27,897 nucleotides of DNA, from assembly GCA_046485255.1 (NCBI GenBank), contig JAWOHI010000335.1, positions 1 through 27,897 on the forward strand, in the 5' to 3' direction. The position numbers and the translations under genes were made by a program. Of this stretch, positions 16,011 through 23,850 are shown piece by piece; position 1 is the first letter of the stretch, and each line of letters starts with the position of its first letter. The DNA comes from Bacteroidales bacterium. Lineage in GTDB: Bacteria; Bacteroidota; Bacteroidia; Bacteroidales; UBA12481. Under the pieces are notes generated by a model that saw only the letters and a list, made by a program, of their open reading frames with translations, ran no database searches and was not told the DNA's origin.

Positions 16011-18235
16011 TGCCTTACCTCCTCCATTTCAGTGACAAAGGTGACAAAGTTGCCCCGCATTCCGGTTCCACCCATCAGTGGATCAACCAACACCTTGGTG
16101 ATCAGGTTAGTATCACTGGCCCCTCGCCCGTAACTTCGGGTCAGTTTCTTCTGGTCGTGCCCGAAACCGTGAACCATATAAACCGAATCCCACCGGATCC
16201 GCTCGGTGATCCTGATGCGGATGGGGAATTCGGAGCGTTTGCCATCCTGGTTCATCAGGTGGATGTACTGGTCGTTGACCAGTCCCCACTCCCGGGCCAC
16301 TTTTGGGTTGACCCACACGGTGTTCTCATCCATCAGGTCGGTCAGGTTGGGATTGTTTGCCGTGCGGCTGAAGGTATGCATCGGTGCCCGGCCGTAGTTG
16401 AGGCGGTAGTACCCTGGCGGCGGTTCCTCGTGGGGGGTGTAGACCGGCAGCGGGTCGAAACCTTCCATCTCGAACGCGGTGGCATAGAGTTCGATCTTGC
16501 CCGTGTTGGTGTAAAATTCGATCTCTTCGCCCGGAGCAAAATAGAGGTCGTCGAAGGAGCGTTCAAAAGTTTTAACACCGATCCGCATCATCTCCTCCAA
16601 GCTGGTTCCCAGCTCTTTCAGCTGCCAATCCAGCAGGTCTTCCTGTTTTTCAAACGGAAACCAGGCCTCCAGGCCGAGTCGTTGAGCCAGTTCGCGGGCC
16701 ATCCAGTAGGCCGGTTTAGTATCGTGTTTCGGTTTGAAGGCCGGCATTCGAAGGGCGATCTGCGGCTTTCGGTGCGGGCTCACCCGGATCTCGTCGTACC
16801 TTTCGAGGTAGGTACATTCGGGCAACACCACGTCGGCATATCCGGTGATCTCCATCGGCATCGTATCGACCACGACCAGCAGATCGAGCGATTCGATGGC
16901 CTTGATGGTGTTCTCCTGGTTGGGCAGGGTTTCGATCAGGTTGGTGCCGTTGACGATCCAGGCCTTGAAATTGCAGCCCCGGCTCGGATCGGGAATGGAG
17001 GCATCGCACACCCCGTTGGCCAGAACGGTGTCTGAAAGTCGGTAAAGGTCGGGAAATTCCGTACGCCACGTTCTCTTCGGAACGGGATATTCGGGGTGGG
17101 GCGGTTCGGGCAGGGTAACCGACTCGGGACGGTAGAAGCCCCCCCGTCGCCCCCAGGAGCCGAGCAGCGCATTGAGTATGGCCACTGCACGAAGCCGCTG
17201 GGTATCATCGCCGTACCAGGTCACGTGGCGTCCGGGGTGAACGATGACCGCGGGTGAGGCGTGCCCCATCGCGCGGGCGGTCTCCCGGATCACCTCCGGC
17301 CTGATGGTGGTAATGCCGTAAGCCCATTCGGGCGTCATTACGGCAACGTGGTCCCTGAGCTGCTCAAACCCGTAGGTGTAACGCTCCACGTAATCACGGT
17401 CGTAAAGTCCTTCCTTGATGATCACGTGGATCCAGGCAAGCAGCAGGGCAAGGTCGGTGGCCGGTTTGATCGGGAGCCAGTATTTTGACTTGGAGGCTGC
17501 CGTGGAGTAACGGGGATCCACCGTGATGATGGTGGCGCCCTTGTCGATGGCATCCGACATTTCCTGGACCTGCCCATTGTGCATATTCTCCCCCAGGTGG
17601 CTGCCAATCAGCACCAAACAGCGGGTGTCCCGGATATCGGTCCGCTCAGGGCTCTCGACCCCCTCGCCGAACGTGTTCTGAAAGGCCACCTCCCTCGGCC
17701 CGCGGCATTGCGCGTAGGACGGGGCGGCTATATGGGGCGACCCGAAGGCCTTCAGCAAAGTCCCGAAATATTTTCCGCCCGAACCGTGCGTAAACAATGC
17801 CGTACACTCCGGGCCATGCTCAGCCGCAATCTCCGTAATCCTCCTGGCAATGAAATCCAATGCCTCCTCCCAGGAAACCTCCTCGAAAACCTGCTTCCCA
17901 TTCACCATCTTGCGCATCAGCGGGGTCTTCAGCCGGTCCTCATCGTTATACATCCCCACCCCGCCGGTTCCCCTGGGGCAGAAGCGTCCGTTCGAATGAA
18001 GATCCTCATCGTTGCCGGTGATCTTCCACAACTCGCCCCGGTCGTTCTTGTGGATCCATCCGGCACACTTCCAGAAACAAACCTCACAGTAGGTAGGGGT
18101 TCGCCGCATCGCCTCAAAGGGGTATGAGTCGGCCAATTCCGACTGGAATGCCAAGCTTCGGATCACCGGCAGTCCAACCGCTACTCCCCCAGCTCCCAAT
18201 GCCGAAATCTTGATAAAACTTCGTCTGGACGCCAT
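16007..18235 (-). CDS. psrA: Tat-exported polysulfide/thiosulfate reductase-like bis-MGD molybdoenzyme catalytic subunit (PsrA/PhsA clade), 742 aa
   Basis: Tat signal MASRRSFIK, FS0 ligands CEVCFWKC...FCPRG, DRLKTP, SYAQCRGP (likely Cys metal ligand), ADVVLPECTYLER, C-terminal NPKVA...VHGFG. Exact substrate cannot be assigned from motifs alone. Confidence 0.85.
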   Translation of the reverse strand: MASRRSFIKISALGAGGVAVGLPVIRSLAFQSELADSYPFEAMRRTPTYCEVCFWKCAGWIHKNDRGELWKITGNDEDLHSNGRFCPRGTGGVGMYNDEDRLKTPLMRKMVNGKQVFEEVSWEEALDFIARRITEIAAEHGPECTALFTHGSGGKYFGTLLKAFGSPHIAAPSYAQCRGPREVAFQNTFGEGVESPERTDIRDTRCLVLIGSHLGENMHNGQVQEMSDAIDKGATIITVDPRYSTAASKSKYWLPIKPATDLALLLAWIHVIIKEGLYDRDYVERYTYGFEQLRDHVAVMTPEWAYGITTIRPEVIRETARAMGHASPAVIVHPGRHVTWYGDDTQRLRAVAILNALLGSWGRRGGFYRPESVTLPEPPHPEYPVPKRTWRTEFPDLYRLSDTVLANGVCDASIPDPSRGCNFKAWIVNGTNLIETLPNQENTIKAIESLDLLVVVDTMPMEITGYADVVLPECTYLERYDEIRVSPHRKPQIALRMPAFKPKHDTKPAYWMARELAQRLGLEAWFPFEKQEDLLDWQLKELGTSLEEMMRIGVKTFERSFDDLYFAPGEEIEFYTNTGKIELYATAFEMEGFDPLPVYTPHEEPPPGYYRLNYGRAPMHTFSRTANNPNLTDLMDENTVWVNPKVAREWGLVNDQYIHLMNQDGKRSEFPIRIRITERIRWDSVYMVHGFGHDQKKLTRSYGRGASDTNLITKVLVDPLMGGTGMRGNFVTFVTEMEEVRQ

Positions 18236-18271
18236 ATATCTAATTATCTAAATAATTAATTTATTAGAGTG

Positions 18272-18279
18272 TAAACTTA
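18272..18279 (-). promoter_or_regulatory. Possible -7 promoter element for the psr operon
   Basis: Minus strand TAAGTTTA (TAnnTTTG with one mismatch), 36 nt before the psrA ATG. The region is very AT-rich, so a chance match is possible. Confidence 0.3.
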
Positions 18280-18326
18280 CAGATTAATTCAGTGCCCTGA
18301 TAAAAAATTAACAGAAAAAATTATCC

Positions 18327-18334
18327 AATCTTTG
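18327..18334 (+). promoter_or_regulatory. Possible -7 promoter element for lipA-lipB
   Basis: AATCTTTG(CC) is TAnnTTTG with one mismatch, 26 nt before the lipA ATG. Confidence 0.35.
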
Positions 18335-18360
18335 CCTTGATTTTTGATTGGTTAACGCGA

Positions 18361-19212
18361 ATGTCACGACAACGATTGCCAGCCTGGATGAGGATCTCCT
18401 CGAGGCTCGACCAGGATGAAAGCTATAAAGCCATACGCAAGCTGGTAGATGAGAACCACCTCCATACCATCTGCACCTCCGGCAACTGCCCGAACATTGG
18501 CGAATGCTGGAGGGCAGGCACTGCCACCTTTATGATCCTGGGGAACATCTGCACCCGGGCCTGCCGGTTTTGCGGCGTACCCACGGGGAAGCCTCTGCCG
18601 CCAGACGGGTCGGAACCACGACGAATTGCGGAATCGGTAAGAAAGATGGGCGTACGTCACGCCGTCATCACCTCAGTCGATCGCGACGACCTGCCCGACA
18701 AGGGGGCCGGTTTTTGGGCACAAACCATACGGGCGGTCAAGGAGATGAACCCAGGCGTAACGATGGAGACCCTCATTCCCGACTTTGACGGACGCCCCGA
18801 GCTGGTTGCCCTGGTTATTGATGCTGCCCCTGAAGTGATTTCACACAACCTGGAAACCGTGCGCCGCCTCACCCCGCTGATCCGCACAAGGGCCAAATAC
18901 GACACCAGCCTGATGGTTATCAGACAGATAGTTCAATCCGGCCTGGTTGCCAAGTCGGGCATTATGCTCGGTTTGGGTGAGACCCGCGAAGAAGTTCTCG
19001 AAACCCTGGACGACCTGATCTCCACCGGATGCGAAGTCCTGACCGTCGGCCAGTACCTTCAGCCCACCCGTGATCACCTGCCGGTGAGCGAATGGGTTAC
19101 ACCCGAACAATTCAAGTTCTACGAGGAGGCCGGTCTCGACAGAGGCTTCCGCCACGTCGAAAGCAGTCCGCTGGTTCGCTCCTCCTATCACGCCGAAAAA
19201 CATGTCCGATAA
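18361..19212 (+). CDS. lipA: Lipoyl synthase, 283 aa
   Basis: ICTSGNCPNIGECW (Cx4Cx5C), ICTRACRFC (CxxxCxxC), HAVITSVDRDDL, SHNLETVRRL, GQYLQP, VRSSYHA. ATG 18361 is preferred over TTG 18337. Confidence 0.97.
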   Translation: MSRQRLPAWMRISSRLDQDESYKAIRKLVDENHLHTICTSGNCPNIGECWRAGTATFMILGNICTRACRFCGVPTGKPLPPDGSEPRRIAESVRKMGVRHAVITSVDRDDLPDKGAGFWAQTIRAVKEMNPGVTMETLIPDFDGRPELVALVIDAAPEVISHNLETVRRLTPLIRTRAKYDTSLMVIRQIVQSGLVAKSGIMLGLGETREEVLETLDDLISTGCEVLTVGQYLQPTRDHLPVSEWVTPEQFKFYEEAGLDRGFRHVESSPLVRSSYHAEKHVR

Positions 19213-19909
19213 CATCAGCAAGGGAACCATCGTCTACGAGGACCTCGGTTTGATGGATTACCGCCAGGCCTGGGATTACCAGGCGGAGCTTTTCAACGGG
19301 AGGGTGGCGCGCAAGCTCCTGAACCGGGAGATTGGCGAGGAGCAGCAATCCTGGCTCGACAACCGGCTCATCTTCGTGGAGCATCCGCACGTGTACACGC
19401 TCGGAAAGTCCGGAAATCAAAACAACCTGTTGATCAACAGCGACTTCCTCAACAAGATTCAGGCCACCTATTACCATATCGACCGCGGAGGCGACATCAC
19501 CTACCACGGGCCCGGCCAGATTGTGGGCTACCCGATCTTCGACCTTGAGCATTTTGGCCTGCACCTGAAGCAATACGTGTACAATCTGGAAGAGGCCATC
19601 ATATTGACGGTCAGGCGGTATGGCATCTCTGCCGGGCGTCTTCAGGGAGCCACCGGCGTCTGGATTGAGCCGGGAACACCGCGGGCGCGCAAGATCTGCG
19701 CGATCGGGGTCAAGGCCAGCCGGCACGTGACAATGCACGGCTTTGCCTTCAATGTCAACACCAACCTTGCCTATTTCAGCCATATCAATCCTTGCGGGTT
19801 CCTCGACAAGGGAGTCACTTCAATGGCCAACGAGCTGGGATCAGACCAGGATTTCGACCAGGTGAAAGGGGTCTTGAGGGAGAACCTGATCAGCCTCTTC
19901 AGGGTATAG
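19202..19909 (+). CDS. lipB: Octanoyltransferase
   Basis: FVEHPHVYTLGKSG, DRGGDITYHGPGQIVGYP, RKICAIGV, MHGFAFNVN, INPCG. Overlaps lipA by 11 nt. Confidence 0.96.
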   Translation: MSDNISKGTIVYEDLGLMDYRQAWDYQAELFNGRVARKLLNREIGEEQQSWLDNRLIFVEHPHVYTLGKSGNQNNLLINSDFLNKIQATYYHIDRGGDITYHGPGQIVGYPIFDLEHFGLHLKQYVYNLEEAIILTVRRYGISAGRLQGATGVWIEPGTPRARKICAIGVKASRHVTMHGFAFNVNTNLAYFSHINPCGFLDKGVTSMANELGSDQDFDQVKGVLRENLISLFRV

Positions 19910-19968
19910 CGGATTTTTATTATCCGAATTCTGGTGTATTTTTAGGTCGGGATACCAAAACCGGTCTG

Positions 19969-22341
19969 ATGGCTCGTCAAAATCGCAGGGATTTCATTCG
20001 CACAACGGCAGTAGCTGGAGGCGTGGCGCTTACCGCACCTGCCTGGATTGGCAAAACTCTCGGAATTGAGCCAGGGATGGCCGCCTCGGCCGACCTCCCG
20101 CGCAATGGCTGGATCAACCTCGGCTGCCCCGCCCATAATTGTGGCGGTCGCTGCCTGCTGAAAGTGCTGGTCAAGGACGGGGTCATCGCCCGCATCGAAA
20201 CCGACAGCCGGGAGGGCGACAGCGCCGCCGACCCCCAGCTCAGGGCCTGTATCCGGGGCCGTGCCTACCGGAAAAGGCAGTATCACCCCGACCGGCTGCA
20301 GTACCCGATGGTGCGCACCGGCAAGCGGGGCGAAGGGCATTTCGAGCGGATCTCCTGGGATGAAGCATACGATCTGATGGCATCCAAAATGCTGGAGATC
20401 AGGGATCAATATGGCAATGAAGCCTTCCACGTACCTTACGGGACCGGCAGCTACAGCCACCTTAACGGCCGCTGGCCGGCCGCCCGCCTGATCAACCTTT
20501 TCGGTGGGTCGCTCGATTACTACAACTCCTACTCCTGGGCCGCCATCAGCCGGGCCACCCCGACAGTTTACGGCACCGGCATCTGCGGCAACCAGCGGCA
20601 GGACTGGCTCAATTCCAGGTATATCCTGATGTGGGGCTGGAACCCGGCTGAGATGCGCGACGGCACCAATTCGGAGTACTTCATCAAGCTGGCACGTCAG
20701 AACGGTGCCCGGGTGGTCTGCATCGACCCCAGGATGACCCTCTCGGCCGTTGCCCTGGCCGATGAGTGGATCCCGATCCGGCCCGGGACGGACGTGGCGA
20801 TGATGAGTGCAATGGCTTACGTGATGATCCGTGAGGGCCTGGCAGATCGTGAATTCATCCGGACCCACTGCGTCGGGTTTGACAAAACCCAGATGCCTAA
20901 AGGTCTTGAAGGCGAGGAGTCCTATACCGACTATCTACTGGGCAGCCGCGACGGGCAGCCCAAAACACCCGAATGGGCGGCCCGCATCACCGGGGTGCCC
21001 GCGGCCACCATCACACGGATCGCCAGGGAGTATGCCACCATCAAGCCGGCAATGCTCTACCAGGGCTACGGAATGCAGCGGCGCGCCTACGGTGAGCAAC
21101 CGGTCAGGGGCGGCTGCGTCCTCGCCGCAATCACCGGGAACATCGGGATACCCGGCGGCTGGGCCTCGGGAATCGCCCTGCAGCCCGGCGGTGGCCCCTT
21201 CTGGAGCATCTTCCCTACCGGAACCAACCCCGTGAAAGCCAAAATACCGGTCTTCCTTTGGACGGAGGCGATCCTGCGCGGACCTGAACTGACCAAAAAA
21301 GATGGTCTGACCGGAACCGACCGGCTGACCACTGGCATCCAATTCATCTGGTCGGTCGCCTCCAATATCCTGATCAACCAGCACAGCAACACCAACCGGA
21401 CTGCATCGATCCTGAGAAACGAGGACCTGGTGAAATTCATCGTGGTCCAGGACCAGTTCCTCACCGCCTCGGCCCGGTTTGCCGACCTGCTCCTGCCGGC
21501 CTGCACCCATTTTGAAACCTGGGGGCTGGAGGATGGCTGGAAGTACGGCGAAGAGGTGTTCCTGATGCCCAAAATCGTTGAACCCTACGGCGAGAGCCGA
21601 TCCGATTATGCCATCTGCGCCGGCCTGGCAGACAGGCTGGGACTGGCCGACGCCTTTACCGAAGGGCTGGATGAGCGGGGTTGGACCAAACGTCTTTGGG
21701 ATCAGTTCCGTCGTCTGAGATTTCCCGAATTACCTGATTTTGAAGTTTTTATCAAATCCAACCAGGGCGTCTACACGGTTCCGGTGGAAAAACCGGCCAT
21801 CTCCTTTGCCGACTTCAGGCGTGATCCTCAGGGATATCCGTTGAACACCCCAAGCGGGAAGATCGAGATCTTCTCGGAAAACCTTTATAAGATGGAGCAG
21901 CCGGAGGAGATCCCCCCCATTCCCAAGTACATACAGGAGTGGGAATCCCCATTCGGACCGGAGGCTGAAGCCTATCCGCTCCAGGCCATCGGACCGCATT
22001 ATATGCCCCGGGTACACTCCACCCACGACAACATCGACTGGCTCAAGTCGGCCTTTCCCCAGAGGCTCTTCATCAACCCGGTTGATGCCGGGTCGAGGGG
22101 GATCGCGGACGGCGACCAGGTCATCGCCTTCAATTCCAGGGGGAGGCTGATGCTTCCCTGCCGGGTCACCTCACGGATAATGCCCGGGGTCGTCTCCATC
22201 CCACAGGGCTCCTGGAGCAGTTTCGGCAAGAACGGCCTCGACGAAAAGGCCAACATCAACGCCCTCGCATCTGAGCGGTGGACCCCCCTGGCGTTCGGTA
22301 ACGCCCAGCATACGATAATGGTTGAAGTTAAAAAGCGATGA
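19969..22341 (+). CDS. dmsA: Tat-exported DmsA/YnfE-like bis-MGD molybdoenzyme (S-/N-oxide or selenate reductase-type), 790 aa
   Basis: Tat signal MARQNRRDFIR, CPAHNCGGRC, QLRACIRGRAYR, YHPDRLQYPM, NSYSWAAI (Ser ligand region), MQRRAYGEQ, TPSGKIEI, PRVHST. ATG 19969 is preferred over GTG 19792, which overlaps lipB. Confidence 0.88.
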   Translation: MARQNRRDFIRTTAVAGGVALTAPAWIGKTLGIEPGMAASADLPRNGWINLGCPAHNCGGRCLLKVLVKDGVIARIETDSREGDSAADPQLRACIRGRAYRKRQYHPDRLQYPMVRTGKRGEGHFERISWDEAYDLMASKMLEIRDQYGNEAFHVPYGTGSYSHLNGRWPAARLINLFGGSLDYYNSYSWAAISRATPTVYGTGICGNQRQDWLNSRYILMWGWNPAEMRDGTNSEYFIKLARQNGARVVCIDPRMTLSAVALADEWIPIRPGTDVAMMSAMAYVMIREGLADREFIRTHCVGFDKTQMPKGLEGEESYTDYLLGSRDGQPKTPEWAARITGVPAATITRIAREYATIKPAMLYQGYGMQRRAYGEQPVRGGCVLAAITGNIGIPGGWASGIALQPGGGPFWSIFPTGTNPVKAKIPVFLWTEAILRGPELTKKDGLTGTDRLTTGIQFIWSVASNILINQHSNTNRTASILRNEDLVKFIVVQDQFLTASARFADLLLPACTHFETWGLEDGWKYGEEVFLMPKIVEPYGESRSDYAICAGLADRLGLADAFTEGLDERGWTKRLWDQFRRLRFPELPDFEVFIKSNQGVYTVPVEKPAISFADFRRDPQGYPLNTPSGKIEIFSENLYKMEQPEEIPPIPKYIQEWESPFGPEAEAYPLQAIGPHYMPRVHSTHDNIDWLKSAFPQRLFINPVDAGSRGIADGDQVIAFNSRGRLMLPCRVTSRIMPGVVSIPQGSWSSFGKNGLDEKANINALASERWTPLAFGNAQHTIMVEVKKR

Positions 22342-22970
22342 TGATGGCAACACTCGGATTCTATTTTGACGCTTCCGCCTGCTCCGGTTGCAAAACGTGC
22401 CAGGTAGCCTGCCAGGACAAGAACGATCTGCCTGCCGGCATTCGCTTCCGCAGGATTTACGAGGTTTGCGGGGCCAACTGGATGCCCGATGACCTTGGGG
22501 CTTGGATTCCGTCCATCGCCGCCTACAATATATCGGTCGCCTGCAACCACTGTGAGGAGTCTCCCTGTACCAAGGCGTGCCCGACGAGGGCTATGTACAG
22601 GGATGCCAATGGCATAGTGGCCATCGATCCGAAAAAGTGCATCGGATGCCGTTATTGCGAATGGGCCTGCCCCTATGGGGCCCCGCAGTACAATAAATCG
22701 CTGGGAATAATGCAAAAATGCGACCTCTGCCGTGACTACCTCGCCGACGGCAAGCTGCCGGTGTGCGTTTCGTCCTGTCCAATGCGTGCACTCGATTTTG
22801 GCCCGCTCAACGAACTCAGGGAGCGCTATGGCAACAATGCCACCCTATACCCCCTGCCCGATGGCGAAACCGTTGGTGCCGGCTGGGTTGTCAAACCACA
22901 CTCCGCAGAGGGAAAAGCCAGGGATCTGGGTGCGCGGATCATCAATCAGGAGGAGGTAAGAAATGGCTGA
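22338..22970 (+). CDS. dmsB: DmsB-like 4x[4Fe-4S] subunit
   Basis: LGFYFDASACSGCKTCQVACQDKN, CNHCEESPCTKACP, CIGCRYCEWACPYGAPQY, KCDLC...PVCVSSCPMRALDFG. Start is 22338, 22341 or 22344. Confidence 0.93.
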   Translation: MMMATLGFYFDASACSGCKTCQVACQDKNDLPAGIRFRRIYEVCGANWMPDDLGAWIPSIAAYNISVACNHCEESPCTKACPTRAMYRDANGIVAIDPKKCIGCRYCEWACPYGAPQYNKSLGIMQKCDLCRDYLADGKLPVCVSSCPMRALDFGPLNELRERYGNNATLYPLPDGETVGAGWVVKPHSAEGKARDLGARIINQEEVRNG

Positions 22971-23832
22971 CAATATCCTTCCCCTGCTGATCTTCACCCT
23001 GCTGGTCCAGTTTTCGGCCGGGATAGTCATCATTTACGGGCTGTTCCTGCTCTTCCCGCATTTCAGAAGCAAGAATGAAATTCCGCGCAGGTTCAAATGG
23101 ATCCTGATCGTGGCTTCCGCTGCGGCTCTGGTTGGCGTAGTCGCCTCTTTCCTCCACCTGGGGAGTCCGCTTAAGGCATTCCGGGCTGTGGCCAACCTGG
23201 GCAACTCCAGTCTCTCCCTTGAGATCCTGACGGTGCTGGTCTTTCTGGGCAGCCTGCTCACCCTTACCGTGATCCAGTTTGTCATCCCCTACCCTCGCAG
23301 ACGCCACCACTGGCTCACGATCATCACGCTGTTAGCCGGGCTATTGGTGATCTATGTTATGGCCACCGTTTACCAGCTGCCAACCCGTCCGGCCTGGAAC
23401 TCCATTTTCACCCCGGTCGGGTTCTATCTTGCCGCCCTGGTTACGGGCTCCGCACTGTTGCTGCTGTTTCAGATCAACAGTGGCTCCTGGGCCAGCCAGA
23501 AAGCCCTGGCCATCCTGATCATAGCCATCCCTGCCATCCACCTGGCGCTGCTGCCATTTCATATGGGCTGGCTTGGCAAGGCCAGCGAGGCCACCAGGGC
23601 CAGCCTGGAAGTGATGCTTGGCAGTAACCTGGTTCTATTCCTCCTGGGGCTGATCACGATGGCGATAACCATCGGTACCGGATTCTGGGCGCTCTTTTCA
23701 ATTAAATCAGGGATCATCAAGAACCGTTTCCTCTTCATTCCCTCCATCGCAGCCTTCCTCTTCGCTTGGGCGGCAATGATCATCGACCGGGTCCTGTTCT
23801 ATCTGCACGGAGTGGCCGCGGGCGGGCTCTGA
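22963..23832 (+). CDS. dmsC: DmsC-like membrane anchor subunit, 289 aa
   Basis: LLIFTLLVQFSAG, SFLHLGSPLKAFRAVANLGNSSLSLEI, terminal IDRVLFY; about 8 TM. Confidence 0.9.
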   Translation: MADNILPLLIFTLLVQFSAGIVIIYGLFLLFPHFRSKNEIPRRFKWILIVASAAALVGVVASFLHLGSPLKAFRAVANLGNSSLSLEILTVLVFLGSLLTLTVIQFVIPYPRRRHHWLTIITLLAGLLVIYVMATVYQLPTRPAWNSIFTPVGFYLAALVTGSALLLLFQINSGSWASQKALAILIIAIPAIHLALLPFHMGWLGKASEATRASLEVMLGSNLVLFLLGLITMAITIGTGFWALFSIKSGIIKNRFLFIPSIAAFLFAWAAMIIDRVLFYLHGVAAGGL

Positions 23833-23850
23833 CGCTCGGCAACCGGATTT

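Noticed and set aside
18361-19909. sHdr-associated lipoylation pathway (sLplAB/LipS1/LipS2)
   Set aside because: Both genes have canonical LipA (Cx4Cx5C, RSSY) and LipB motifs, and no lbpA or sHdr genes are in the window.
19792-19968. ORF-track N-terminal extensions (dmsA from 19792; also amrS 1121, nuoC 3330, rhodanese 13353, lipA 18337, yqhD 25146)
   Set aside because: The extensions overlap neighbouring genes or promoters and precede clear family N-termini or Tat signals; downstream ATGs were used.
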